Position numbers and translations under genes: made by a program. A DNA stretch of 64,000 nucleotides from an uncultured Chloroflexia bacterium (GTDB taxonomy: Bacteria; Chloroflexota; Limnocylindria; Limnocylindrales; CSP1-4), in assembly GCA_963833225.1 (NCBI GenBank), contig CAWHXD010000005.1, positions 134,173 through 198,172 of the forward strand, read 5' to 3'. The notes under the pieces are model-generated. The model ran no database searches, was not told where the DNA came from, and saw only the letters and a program-made list of their open reading frames with translations. Of this stretch, positions 26,940 through 37,114 are shown piece by piece; position 1 is the stretch's first letter, and each line of letters opens with the position of its first letter.

Positions 26940-28529
26940 CTACCAGCGGCCGTTGCCGGCTCGCATGTCAGCAGGGTCGAGCCGGATCGGGAACCGCTCC
27001 CGGATCCGGGCGTCGACCGCCGGGTCGAGGTACACGGGGTAGTGGCTGCCCAGCACGTCCACGACGCGCTCGTGCGCCTGCTCGTAGATGGTCCGGTGCC
27101 CGCGTTCCTCCCACTCGCCGGGCGTCGTGCGGTCCGCGAGCCCCGGGTACTGGAACTCGCTGCGCATGAGGTGGAGCGTCTGCTCGGCGCCGAGAAAATG
27201 GCCGGCGCCCGCCACTGCACCGGCGATGACGTCGTAGGAAAGCGTCTCGTCGTCGACCTCGATCCCGCGCAGCAGTCGCTGCACGTTGCCCAGCAGATCG
27301 TCGTCGATCACCAGGCCCTCGAAGGACTGCCCCATCAGGCTGCCGACGATCCCGGGGTACGCGGAGACCAGGTTGCCCCCGGCGAGCGCCGCGGCCGTGA
27401 TCGTGATGCCCTTCTCGTAGCCCGCCTGCGCGTCCATCGTCTTGGCGTCGGTCATGCCCGACGCCACCGAGGACACGAGCCCGTAGTGATTGGCGATCTG
27501 GGCGCTGGCCGCCATCAGCAGCGCCTCCTCGCCCCCGCCGCCCGTGAACCCACCGGTGCGCAGGTCCGAGACGAACGGCCACATGCCGAAATCGAAGGGG
27601 TTGCCCGGGCGGATCATGTTGACCACGGCGAGGCACGCCAGCGTCTCGGCAAGGCTCTGGACAAGCGCCCCCGCGAGCGCGGCCGGCGCCGTCGCACCGG
27701 CCTGCGGGGCGATCGCGATGTCCGTGGCGAGGCCGAGCTCGGCCGTCCGGACCATGACCTCGGCGTTGTCCTTGCCGAACCGGAGCGGTGACACGATCGG
27801 ACAGCCGCCGATGCTGCAGAAGGGCCGCTCCAGGAACCTGCCCTCCCCACCGGCGACGATGTCGAACATCGCCACCAGGTCGTCGAGGTGGCCGACGGTC
27901 GCGCAGCTGAACGCGAACGGCTTGGCCTGGCCAGCCAGCGCCGCGTAGGCGACGTTGATGTCGTGGATGTAGACCTGCTCGCTGTACTCCGCGGCGATGA
28001 ACGGCTGGCCGTAGCAGTGGATGTTGGGCAGACGGTCCACCAGGCGGGCCGCGTCATAGAGGTCGACGAGCCGGGTCGGCCGGAACGCCTGGGTCTCGTA
28101 GTCGAGCACCGTGACCGCCTCACCCGACGTCGAGAAGTAGACCCGCTCGCCGCTGATCTCGATGTCATTGGCCGGATCGATCCCGTAGCGCACGTACCCG
28201 CGCGAGGCGACGCCGACCATTTCCTCCACCAGCCCGCGTGGAAACCGGAGCCGACCATCGGGGCCGAGCGTGCAGCCCTGGGGGAGGGCGTAGTGGAGGA
28301 TCTCCGGGATCGGCTCCCCGATGCCGATGTGCTCGAGCACGTCGAGGGCAGTCGCGTAGATGCGCTCGATGTCGGTCACCGACAGCGGCCGATAGGCGCC
28401 GCCGGACATCCCGGGCCAGATCGCGGCGGGCGCCGGTGCCGATTCGACCGTCGCCCGCGCCCGACGTCCCCGCCGCGCCCGCAGCTCGGCCATTGCCGGC
28501 GTCCCCGGCTGGTCCTCGGATGTCTCCAT
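26940..28529 (-). CDS. Trimethylamine methyltransferase (MttB) family protein, non-pyrrolysine
   Basis: CPIVSPLRF, QAGATAPAALAG, DLRTG...GGGE, DAKTMDAQAGYE, GHFLG; no in-frame TAG; ATG 28529. Confidence 0.9.
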   Translation of the reverse strand: METSEDQPGTPAMAELRARRGRRARATVESAPAPAAIWPGMSGGAYRPLSVTDIERIYATALDVLEHIGIGEPIPEILHYALPQGCTLGPDGRLRFPRGLVEEMVGVASRGYVRYGIDPANDIEISGERVYFSTSGEAVTVLDYETQAFRPTRLVDLYDAARLVDRLPNIHCYGQPFIAAEYSEQVYIHDINVAYAALAGQAKPFAFSCATVGHLDDLVAMFDIVAGGEGRFLERPFCSIGGCPIVSPLRFGKDNAEVMVRTAELGLATDIAIAPQAGATAPAALAGALVQSLAETLACLAVVNMIRPGNPFDFGMWPFVSDLRTGGFTGGGGEEALLMAASAQIANHYGLVSSVASGMTDAKTMDAQAGYEKGITITAAALAGGNLVSAYPGIVGSLMGQSFEGLVIDDDLLGNVQRLLRGIEVDDETLSYDVIAGAVAGAGHFLGAEQTLHLMRSEFQYPGLADRTTPGEWEERGHRTIYEQAHERVVDVLGSHYPVYLDPAVDARIRERFPIRLDPADMRAGNGRW

Positions 28530-28638
28530 CGCGGCATTCTGGCCGCCCGGGGTCGGGCGGGCAACGCGGCGTTCCCGCCTGGCGACACGAGGCCCGGCCT
28601 CTGGACCGGGCATCACGCCAGGTCGCGGGACTTCCGAC

Positions 28639-30966
28639 TCACGCGCTCCCGGTCGAGGACCTCCACGCATCGCTCCAGCGCACGTAGTCGCCCAACGCGA
28701 ACGGGGGTTCGCCGGCGAGGTAGTGGTTCCAGCCGTGATGCCCGTCCGAGTCCCATTCGATCGCGAGGAACCGCTGGCGCGACGGTTCCTGGGGGATTGC
28801 AGCGACACTGGTGACGGCGTCGCCGGCGGCAACGGCAGACCCGGACGCGAGCACCAGGCCTGTCTCCAGATCGCGGACCCAGAACGTGATGGCAGCAGCC
28901 TCCCGGCGGTCATTGCAGACGATGACATCGTGGACCTCGCCAGCCGCCTCGCGGATGACCACGCACACCGGCTGCTGGCTCCGCCGTACGACCTCGAAGG
29001 CGAGCTTGCGGACGCCGTAGTAATCGATGAGGGCATCGGAGAACTGCGGCCAGCCATCGGCGAGGTTCCACCAGATGATCCCCGTGCGCCGCCACTTGCC
29101 GGCCCGGAAGTGCTCGATGAAGAACTTGAACGCCTCCGCCTGCGACGCCTGGCTTGCTAGGACGAAGTCCTCGAGCGAGTCGGGGACGCTGCCGAACAAG
29201 GCCCGGATCTGCGTGGCGAGCAGCTCGACCCGGTAGTCATGCACGTCGACGCCGGGGATCGGGGAGGTCGAGTGCAGGAGCCACTCGGGGTTGTCCCGGT
29301 AGGGCCACAGGTGTCCGGGTGTCAGGAATCGCTTGAGCGACGCCACGGCAGGCGCCCCGAGGTACCCGATCTCGCTCGCGAAGTGGGTGAGCGCCTCCCG
29401 GTAGAACGGACCCTTGAAGTTGTCCCGTGGACCCCACAGATGATCCTCGGGCTGGAAGTGCTCACCGGCCCGGACGGCCGCTGGGTCCATGTACGGGGAG
29501 CTGGGCAGGTACGGTCGGGACGGGTCCTCGTCGCGCAGCACCGCGGGCAGCACGGTCCGGTTCAGCACATTGAGATTCGGATCGCGGCCGCTGCCGGTGC
29601 GGACGTACTTCTGGTCGCACTCGTTGTCCCCGGCCCACAGCACGAGAGAGGGGTGCTGGCGGAGGCGACGGACCACCGATACGGCCTCGAGCCGCAGCTC
29701 CTCCTGAAAGGCCGGGTCCTGCGGGTAGATGGCGCACGCCATGGCGAAGTCCTGCCACACAAGGATGCCGTGTTCGTCGCACCAGTCGAAGAACTCGTCG
29801 GACTCGTAGACGTTGCCTCCCCAGCACCGGATCATGTTGCAGCCGATCTCGTCAACGGCCTCCAGGACCGCCGGCAGGCGCGCGAGGTCCCTCGCGTGGT
29901 AGGCATCGAGCGGAACCCAGTTCGTGCCCAGGACGAAGACGGGCTCGCCGTTGATGACGAACCTGAACTCTCCATCGCCCGACTCGGTCGTGACGCTCGT
30001 CCGGTCGAGGTGCACCGTGCGGATTCCATGGCGCAGCGCAACGGCGTCGATCGGGAGCCCATCCTGGAGGAGCGTGACCTGGACGTCGTAGAGATTCGGG
30101 TCGCCTCGGCCCTTCGGCCACCACAGCCACGCGTCGGGCACCTGGAGCTGGACGACCCCGGCGTCGAACAGGAGTCGCTGGCGCACCTCGAACACGGAGT
30201 CTGCGCACGACCCGACGAGGTGGATCTCGTAGTGTCCGGGCACCCCGGCGGTGAACGCACGGAAATGGAGAGCCAGCTGGGCTGCCCCATCGTCGGGGAC
30301 TGCCTGGGTTTCCAGCCACACCCAGTCGAGTCGCCGGCGTGGCAGGAATCGAAGGGTGACCGGGCGCCAGATGCCGCCGGATACCGCGCGGGGCATGATG
30401 TCCCAGCCGAACATGTGGGGCGCCTTGCGGACATAGAGGCCCTCGAAGCCGCTGCCCTCGGCCACCAGCCCGGCGGGGTACTCGAGCACTCGCGACCGTG
30501 CTCGGGCCAGCACCGGACGGATCGCCACGCACAGGGTGTTCTCGCCCTCGTAGCGAAGGGGACCCCCGACCGCCACGTGCTGCTCGACCAGCATGTTGCG
30601 GCTCTCGTGGACCAGGACGCCGTTCAGGTACACGGCCGCGTCGCAATCGATGCCTTCGAACACGATCACCGGCTCGAGGGCCGCGTCCTCGTCGCGGTCC
30701 ACCACGAAGGTGGTGCCGTAGTACAGGGACAGCTCCTCGTGCTGTCTCAGGGCCACGATGTTCATTCCCACCAACGGGTCGTCGAGCAGTCCCAGGGCCA
30801 GGAGGTCCAGCTCGACCGTGCCCGGCACCGTCGCGGGGCGGACGTCGAGGCCCTCGAGGCGGAGCGCCTCGGCCGTCCCAGCGCCAACGCCACGGCACCT
30901 CCGAGGTCGCAAACCACCAATCCCCGCCCAGGTCCATGGTCTTGGTCCGTCCCGGCGGAGCTTCAC
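28639..30966 (-). CDS. Glycoside hydrolase family 2, beta-mannosidase-like
   Basis: RKAPHMFGWD, LWWPKG.G.PNLY, GTNWVP.D, NMIRCWGG.VYE, VWQDF, WAGDNE, FASEIG. Confidence 0.92.
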   Translation of the reverse strand: MKLRRDGPRPWTWAGIGGLRPRRCRGVGAGTAEALRLEGLDVRPATVPGTVELDLLALGLLDDPLVGMNIVALRQHEELSLYYGTTFVVDRDEDAALEPVIVFEGIDCDAAVYLNGVLVHESRNMLVEQHVAVGGPLRYEGENTLCVAIRPVLARARSRVLEYPAGLVAEGSGFEGLYVRKAPHMFGWDIMPRAVSGGIWRPVTLRFLPRRRLDWVWLETQAVPDDGAAQLALHFRAFTAGVPGHYEIHLVGSCADSVFEVRQRLLFDAGVVQLQVPDAWLWWPKGRGDPNLYDVQVTLLQDGLPIDAVALRHGIRTVHLDRTSVTTESGDGEFRFVINGEPVFVLGTNWVPLDAYHARDLARLPAVLEAVDEIGCNMIRCWGGNVYESDEFFDWCDEHGILVWQDFAMACAIYPQDPAFQEELRLEAVSVVRRLRQHPSLVLWAGDNECDQKYVRTGSGRDPNLNVLNRTVLPAVLRDEDPSRPYLPSSPYMDPAAVRAGEHFQPEDHLWGPRDNFKGPFYREALTHFASEIGYLGAPAVASLKRFLTPGHLWPYRDNPEWLLHSTSPIPGVDVHDYRVELLATQIRALFGSVPDSLEDFVLASQASQAEAFKFFIEHFRAGKWRRTGIIWWNLADGWPQFSDALIDYYGVRKLAFEVVRRSQQPVCVVIREAAGEVHDVIVCNDRREAAAITFWVRDLETGLVLASGSAVAAGDAVTSVAAIPQEPSRQRFLAIEWDSDGHHGWNHYLAGEPPFALGDYVRWSDAWRSSTGSA

Positions 30967-31976
30967 GCGTTCACGCCCCCCGGCCGGCTGTGCCTGGACC
31001 GGCCGGTCGCCCTCGCGACCGCCGCAGCTGGGCCAAGCCCGAACTGGTGGATGGCGGCCGTCAAGGCGGCGATATCGCCCAGCTGCTCCCCGAGCTGGGC
31101 AGGCTCGATCCGGACGGCAGGTACCCGGTGGCGCGCCTCGGCGGCGACCGTTCGGCGCACCACGGGCAGGTAGACGTCAGCCGCCCTCCAGGCAAGCGCG
31201 CCGAGGACGACCACCTCCGGGTCGAGGAGGTCCACCAGCTGGGCGATGCCCCGTCCGAGCCAGACGGCAGAGCGCCGGACCACCCGCAGTGCCGACGGGT
31301 CCCCCGCGCGCGCCAGGCCGACGAACTCGATCGCCGTGATCGAATCGGGCCATCGCCCCGGAACCATGTACCCCGCCAGGCGTGGCAGCCCGGCCCCGCT
31401 CGCGAACGCCTCCCACGAGCCGGACTTGCCGTAGGCGCGGGGCCCGCGCGCGGCCATGCGCCAGGGGCCCACCTCGCCGGCGGCATCCCGGGCGCCGCGG
31501 AGCAGGCGACCGCCGGCCAGGATCCAGCCGAGGCCCGTTCCCAGCGTGAGGAAGATCGCGTCGTTGCAGCAGCGCGCGCCGCCGAAGTACCACTCGGCCA
31601 ACAGCCCGGCCTTGGCGTCGTGCTCGACGTGGACGGGTGCTCCAAATCGCTCCCGGAGGAGGTCCGCGAGCGGGACGCGATCCCACCCCGGAAGATTCGG
31701 TGGCGACAGCACGACACCGCTCGAATGGTCGATGGGACCGCCGATGCTCACGCCGATCGCCGCCGGACGGCCCCTCTCGGTCACGAGCCGGCCGGCGGTC
31801 TCCGTCATCCGCGCCCACATGTGCTGGAAGCCCCGCTCCGCCTCCGACGCCTCGGCCGTGCGCGTAAACACCACCCCGTCCGGCGATCCAGCGACGACGG
31901 AGGTCTTGGTCCCGCCGACGTCAAAGCCGAGGATCCACGGCCTCTGGGTCGCGCCCGTGGCTCGGTCGCGATCCAG
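30963..31976 (-). CDS. ROK family sugar kinase
   Basis: In-frame ILGFDVGGTKT upstream of the listed ORF; PPNLPGW, EHDAKAG, TLGTGLG, AGEVG; no canonical start codon in frame. Confidence 0.85.
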   Translation of the reverse strand: MDRDRATGATQRPWILGFDVGGTKTSVVAGSPDGVVFTRTAEASEAERGFQHMWARMTETAGRLVTERGRPAAIGVSIGGPIDHSSGVVLSPPNLPGWDRVPLADLLRERFGAPVHVEHDAKAGLLAEWYFGGARCCNDAIFLTLGTGLGWILAGGRLLRGARDAAGEVGPWRMAARGPRAYGKSGSWEAFASGAGLPRLAGYMVPGRWPDSITAIEFVGLARAGDPSALRVVRRSAVWLGRGIAQLVDLLDPEVVVLGALAWRAADVYLPVVRRTVAAEARHRVPAVRIEPAQLGEQLGDIAALTAAIHQFGLGPAAAVARATGRSRHSRPGGVNA

Positions 31977-32878
31977 TCAACTAGGAGCTCCACCAAGGCG
32001 GGACAGGTTCGACCGGGTTCGCAACTTGCGACGCTCGATCGTCTCCTCAACGCGATCGCGCAGGCCGGTCGCGTCCCGTCCAATCCCGATCCGGATGGCC
32101 AGCAGGTCAAGGACGACGAGGTACGGCATGACGGCATCGACAAGCCCGACCCGGTAGCGCTGGGGATTCACCACCGGCACCCGGACGACGAGATCCGCGA
32201 GCTTCGAGATGGATGAGGGGACGAAGGCCGTCATGGCGATCGTGTGGGCCCCGGCCTCCCGGGCCACCGCGAACGCCTCGACCGTCTCTCGCGTCTCGCC
32301 GGAGAACGAGAACGCGATCGACGACGTGTCGCTCGTTGACCTGGAGCATCTGAAGCAAGCTGCTGGTGGGAGTCGAGGCTCAGCCGGATCGGCACCCCAA
32401 GGCGTGCAAGAACATTCTCGGCCAGGGTGGCCACCGAGAGCGAGGCGCCCATGCCCAGGACGGTCACCAGCGACGCGCCGGCAATGGCATCCGCCACGGC
32501 ATCGATGGGCTCACCCGCGAGCAGGCGTCCGGTCGCCTCGAGGTTGGAGGCATACGCCTGCAGCACGTCCTGCACCTGGACGGGGAGTGGCGACCCGGAC
32601 TGCACGGGAACGTTGAAGATGCCGAGCTCGGCACGAGCGCGCTCGGCAACCTCTTCGCGGAGCAGGCCCAGCTTGAACTCCATGAAGCCACCGGCGCCCA
32701 GCTTGCGAACGAGACCCAACAGGACCGTCTCGCTCGTCTCGCTCCGCTTCGCCAGCTCCCGGCCGGACAGGCTGACGACGGCCTCGGGGTCGGTGAGGAT
32801 TGCGTCCGCGATCCGGCGCTCAGCCTCGGTCAGGCTCGGATAGAGGCTGCGCAGGGTTACGAGGAGCGTCGGCTTCAC
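31977..32878 (-). CDS. RpiR/MurR family regulator (HTH + SIS), frameshifted near 32330-32360
   Basis: SLTEAERRIAD, SETVL..VRKLG..GF.EFK, GMGAS; C-terminal SFSGETRETV and ISKLADL in another frame. Confidence 0.85.
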
Positions 32879-33059
32879 GGCGTTCTCTTGCGAGCCACCG
32901 GACGACCAGGGGCCTCCGGGGGCGTCTGTCGAGCACGGCTTCCGTCCGGGCCGCACTGGGAGTCGCTCGGGCCAAAGCCTGCGGGTCTGCGGGCAGAGGA
33001 TCGCACACGACGGGCGGCCCTCGCCGGGCGGGACTGCTGGCCCTTGCCGGGTCGCAGGT

Positions 33060-33104
33060 AGCATTGCTGCACAATACATCACGCGGACGCAGCAATGCTT
33101 GACA
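33060..33104. promoter_or_regulatory. 11-bp inverted repeat (candidate RpiR operator) abutting TTGACA
   Basis: AGCATTGCTGC 33060-33070, 18 nt, GCAGCAATGCT 33089-33099; TTGACA 33099-33104; TGTATTGT on the minus strand inside the spacer. Confidence 0.6.
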
Positions 33105-33184
33105 ATCGCGGTATCGTAGCCTTCGGCCGCGGATCTTTGCGGCTCGAGGGTCCACTCGACAATGGGGTCGAAGAGGAGGTCCGG

Positions 33185-34537
33185 GTGCTTACAGGTCTCA
33201 GGGGATCGACCGTGGCCGCGTTGGCCGTCGGTGCGATCGTCTTCACGGCGGCGTGTTCGGCGTCGGCCGAACCCTCAGCAACAACCGCTCCGACCACGGC
33301 AAGCTCCGCGGCGGCCACGATGGCGCCGACAGAAGCCCCGCCGCCGTCCGATACGGGCGTCCTCACGGTCATGTCGGACTGGACCGGCACCGACCAGGTC
33401 AAGTTCGAATTGGTCATCAATGCGTTCACCGAGAAGACCGGGATCAACGTCCAGCTCGAAGGCTCGACGGACTTCCTGACGGTCCTCCGCACCAGGGTCG
33501 CCGCCGGCGATGTGCCGATGGTGGCCATCGTCCCCCGCCCGGGCGTGTTCGCGGATTTTGCCAAGCAGGGGCTGATCAAGCCGCTGGACGCGCTGGGCAT
33601 CACCGGGTTTGCGGATGCCTACCAGCCCGCGTGGGTTGACATCGGGTCCGTGGACGGCACGCCGTACGCGATCACCGTGAAGGCAAACTCCAAGAGCATG
33701 ATCTGGGAGCGGCCGAAGGATCTCGAGGCGGCCGGCGGCGCGCCGGTGACCATGGATGACTTCAAGGCTCTCCTGGCGGCCGGCGCCGCCAGCGGGCGCA
33801 AGCCCCTGGTGATCAGCGGCAAGGACGCCTGGACGGTGGGCGACTGGTTCGAGAACATCTACCTTCGCTCCGCGGGGCCGGAGAAGTACGCCGCGCTGTT
33901 CGGCGGCACGCAGCCGTTCACGGACCAGTCGGTGGTGGACGCGCTCGCGATCATGAATGACCTGATCGGCAATGACACCTGGCTCAACGGTGGCCGCGAC
34001 ATCGCCCTGAGCACGTCCTACCAGGACGGCCTCGCGCAGGTCTTCGGCCCCAACCCGACCGGCGACTACTTCATGGAAGGTGGCTTCACGGGCAGCGTCG
34101 TGATCAACGACATCAACACCAGCCTGAAGGCCGGCCAGGACATCGCCTTCTTCCCATTCCCGTCGATCGATACGCAGTACCAGGGCCCTGTTGTCGGCGG
34201 GGGCGACTTCGCGATCGCGTTCGCCGACAATGACGCTACTCGGCAGTTCATGGCGTACTTGGCGAGCGCCGAGGCTGCCAACGCGTGGTCCGCCCAGGGC
34301 GTGATCTCGCCCAACAAGGGCCTCGACATGGCCGGATTCGATGACCCCCTCGTGCAGGCCGAAGCCCAGCAGCTGACCTCGGCCGGCATCTTCAAGTTCG
34401 ATGGAACCGACCTCTTGCCCGGTGCCCTTGGAGACGACTGGGACACGACGGTCCAGGCGATCTTCCAGGACCCGTCCAAGACGGCCGACCTGCTCGCCAC
34501 CTTTGAGCAGGGTGCCGCGGCCGAATTCGGGCGCTAG
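33185..34537 (+). CDS. Sugar ABC transporter substrate-binding lipoprotein (AglE-like)
   Basis: Lipobox FTAA|C; KANSKSMIW, WTVGDWFENIYLR, VVGGGDF; GAGGAGG RBS. Confidence 0.9.
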   Translation: MLTGLRGSTVAALAVGAIVFTAACSASAEPSATTAPTTASSAAATMAPTEAPPPSDTGVLTVMSDWTGTDQVKFELVINAFTEKTGINVQLEGSTDFLTVLRTRVAAGDVPMVAIVPRPGVFADFAKQGLIKPLDALGITGFADAYQPAWVDIGSVDGTPYAITVKANSKSMIWERPKDLEAAGGAPVTMDDFKALLAAGAASGRKPLVISGKDAWTVGDWFENIYLRSAGPEKYAALFGGTQPFTDQSVVDALAIMNDLIGNDTWLNGGRDIALSTSYQDGLAQVFGPNPTGDYFMEGGFTGSVVINDINTSLKAGQDIAFFPFPSIDTQYQGPVVGGGDFAIAFADNDATRQFMAYLASAEAANAWSAQGVISPNKGLDMAGFDDPLVQAEAQQLTSAGIFKFDGTDLLPGALGDDWDTTVQAIFQDPSKTADLLATFEQGAAAEFGR

Positions 34538-34560
34538 TTCCCAGCAAAGGAGAGCGCGGG

Positions 34561-35454
34561 ATGAACAGGACACGCGACCGACTGGTCAGTGTCCTGTTCA
34601 TCCTTCCCGCGCTCGTGCTCCTGCTCCTGTTCCTGGTGTACCCGACCATCCTCACGTTCCGGATGAGCCTCGATACCGGGGCCGGGTTGCGGTTGACGGA
34701 GTTCGTCGGGCTCGACAACTACCAGAGGCTTGCCTCCGACAAGCTGTTCATCGACGTCGCAACCCTGTCGGGCGCCGTGTTCAACAACGTCCTCTGGCTG
34801 GTCCTGTATGTCGGTGGCTGCCTGGGGTTCGGACTCCTGATCGCGGCGCTCGCGGACAAGGTGCGCTACGAGCGAGCGATCAAGACCATCGTGTTCGCGC
34901 CCCAGGCCATCGCCGCGACGGCCGCGGGAGTCATCTGGCTGCTCGTCTACGCCCCACAGCCGCAGATCGGCATCCTCAATGCCGGCGTGCAGGCGGCCGG
35001 TGGCAGTCCGATCGGATGGCTCGGACTCAAGTCGACCGTGAACTTCGCGATCATCGCGGCGGCCATCTGGGCGGGATCAGGGCTTGCCGTGGTCATCCTC
35101 TCGGCCGCGATCAAGGGCGTGCCCTCCGAGCTGGTCGAGGCAGCCATGCTGGACGGCGCAAGCGCCCGTCAGTCGTTTCGTCACATCGTCCTGCCGCTCA
35201 TCGGCACACCGATCACGGTGGTGGCCGTGACCCTGGCAATCGCCGTCATCAAGCTCTTTGACATCGTCTACGTCATGACCGACGGGGGGCCGGCCGGGGC
35301 CAGCCGGGTCATCGGCTACTTCTACTACCAGCAGACCTTTGAGGCCGGGCGTGGCGGCTACGGCGCGGCGGCAGCCATGATCATGGTCCTGATGATGATC
35401 CCGATCATGGCTCTCAACATCCGGCGGTTCCGCGCCGAGGAGCGGGACCGGTGA
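34561..35454 (+). CDS. Sugar ABC transporter permease
   Basis: FVGLDNY; EAA loop ELVEAAMLDGAS. Confidence 0.92.
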   Translation: MNRTRDRLVSVLFILPALVLLLLFLVYPTILTFRMSLDTGAGLRLTEFVGLDNYQRLASDKLFIDVATLSGAVFNNVLWLVLYVGGCLGFGLLIAALADKVRYERAIKTIVFAPQAIAATAAGVIWLLVYAPQPQIGILNAGVQAAGGSPIGWLGLKSTVNFAIIAAAIWAGSGLAVVILSAAIKGVPSELVEAAMLDGASARQSFRHIVLPLIGTPITVVAVTLAIAVIKLFDIVYVMTDGGPAGASRVIGYFYYQQTFEAGRGGYGAAAAMIMVLMMIPIMALNIRRFRAEERDR

Positions 35455-36314
35455 GCGCCAGTCGACGGGTGCCCGCACGGGGCCTGGTGGCCCTCGCGCG
35501 TCGATGGCCGATCCACCTGACCCTCCTCGTGATCGCGACGATCTGGATCATCCCGTCCCTTGGCGTAATCGTGACGTCACTCCGGCCGCGCTCGGACATC
35601 GCCGCCAGCGGCTGGTGGACGGTCCTCGCAGATCCCCGCCTGACGCTCGACAACTACGTGACCGTCGTGACCTCGCTCGGCTTCGGTCGGGCGTTCCTCA
35701 ACAGCATCCTGATCACGGTTCCCGCCACCATCCTGCCGATCGCCCTGGGCGCGATGGCCGCCTACCCATTCGCGTTCGGGTCGTTCCCGGGGCGCCAGTC
35801 ACTGTTTCTCGTGGTGGTCGCCCTGATGATCCTGCCCGTCCAGGCTGGCTTCGTTCCGATTCTGCAGATGATCAGCGCCGTCGGGTTCAACCGCAGCTAC
35901 GTCGGCATCTGGCTCGCTCATACGGCCTTCGCGCTGCCGTTCGCGATCTTCCTTCTGCGCGGGTTCTTCGTGCAGCTGCCGCGAGAGATCCTCGAGTCAG
36001 CGCGTGTCGACGGCGCCTCGCAGGTGGCTGTCTTCACACGGATCGTCCTGCCGCTGTCGGTGCCCGCGCTCGCATCGCTCGCCGTGCTCCAGTTCCTGTG
36101 GGTCTGGAATGACCTGCTCATGAACCTGGTCTTCGTCTCCGATCTCCAGCTGCACCCGCTGACGGTGCAGACGGCCGGCCTCCTCTCCACCTACGGCCAG
36201 GAGTTCGACATCCTCAGCGCCTCCTCGGTGCTGCTGATGATCGTGCCCTTGGTCGTCTTCCTCGCGTTGCAGCGCTACTTCATCCGCGGGATCGTCGCGG
36301 GGGCGGTCAAGTGA
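35451..36314 (+). CDS. Sugar ABC transporter permease
   Basis: EILESARVDGAS, FLWVWND, QRYFIRGIVAGAVK. Confidence 0.92.
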   Translation: MSASRRVPARGLVALARRWPIHLTLLVIATIWIIPSLGVIVTSLRPRSDIAASGWWTVLADPRLTLDNYVTVVTSLGFGRAFLNSILITVPATILPIALGAMAAYPFAFGSFPGRQSLFLVVVALMILPVQAGFVPILQMISAVGFNRSYVGIWLAHTAFALPFAIFLLRGFFVQLPREILESARVDGASQVAVFTRIVLPLSVPALASLAVLQFLWVWNDLLMNLVFVSDLQLHPLTVQTAGLLSTYGQEFDILSASSVLLMIVPLVVFLALQRYFIRGIVAGAVK

Positions 36315-36360
36315 GCTACTCCGAACATCCAGCCACCAACCTCAAGCAAGGGGGAATCCC

Positions 36361-37014
36361 GTGACGGACCCGATCGACGACCTCATCGGCAGGGTGCCGG
36401 CACTGGGTTCGTGCCGAACTGAGCTGGCCACCGCGGTCGACGTGATCGCGACGGCCTTCGCGGGTGGTGGCAAGCTCATGGTGTGCGGGAACGGCGGCAG
36501 CGCCGCGGACAGCGAACACCTCGTCGCCGACCTGATGAAGTCATTCGCCGTGGCCAGGCCGCTTCCGGACGGCGATCCAGAACGGCTGACGGAGATCGCT
36601 GGCGATCAGGCAGCTGACCTGGTGGACCAGCTGGAGGGCGCGTTGCCCGCGATCGCCCTATCCTCGAACGGCGCCTTCGTCACGGCGATGGGAAACGACG
36701 TCCACTATGACCTCGCCTTTGCCCAGCAGGTCTACGGCCTTCGACGATCCGGCGACGTCCTGCTGGGGATCAGCACGACCGGCACGTCCGTGAGCGTTGT
36801 CCATGCTGCGCGTGTCGCGAGACTCCGAGGCATGCAGGTCATTGCACTGACCGGTCGCGACGGGGGAGACCTGGCGGCGATGGCGGACGTGGCCATCCGC
36901 GTGCCAGCGGACCGGGTGCACGAGGTCCAGGAGCTGCATCTGCCCGCCTACCACGCGATTGCCCTCGCGCTTGAGCGCCGCTTCTTCGGCTCCCCTGCCA
37001 CCTTGGACCAGTGA
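36361..37014 (+). CDS. SIS-domain sugar-phosphate isomerase (GmhA-like)
   Basis: CGNGGSAADSEH, TAMGND, FAQQV, GISTTG, VQELHL..YH. Confidence 0.88.
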   Translation: MTDPIDDLIGRVPALGSCRTELATAVDVIATAFAGGGKLMVCGNGGSAADSEHLVADLMKSFAVARPLPDGDPERLTEIAGDQAADLVDQLEGALPAIALSSNGAFVTAMGNDVHYDLAFAQQVYGLRRSGDVLLGISTTGTSVSVVHAARVARLRGMQVIALTGRDGGDLAAMADVAIRVPADRVHEVQELHLPAYHAIALALERRFFGSPATLDQ

Positions 37015-37114
37015 CCTCTCCTACGGCAAGCGTGCCCATTTCGTCCCCGTGGACATCCGGGTGACGACCGGCCGTGACTCCAGCACCGCTCGCTTCTCCG
37101 GCGGTGGCCCCCAC

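Noticed and set aside
26164-27169. ORFs with (WA)n, (GVGL)n and (AQAH)n repeats
   Set aside because: Alternative frames and strands of the PTPK tandem repeat; only the PTPK frame has a signal peptide and anchor.
26940-28529. Pyrrolysine recoding in MttB
   Set aside because: No in-frame TAG and no pyl genes in the window.
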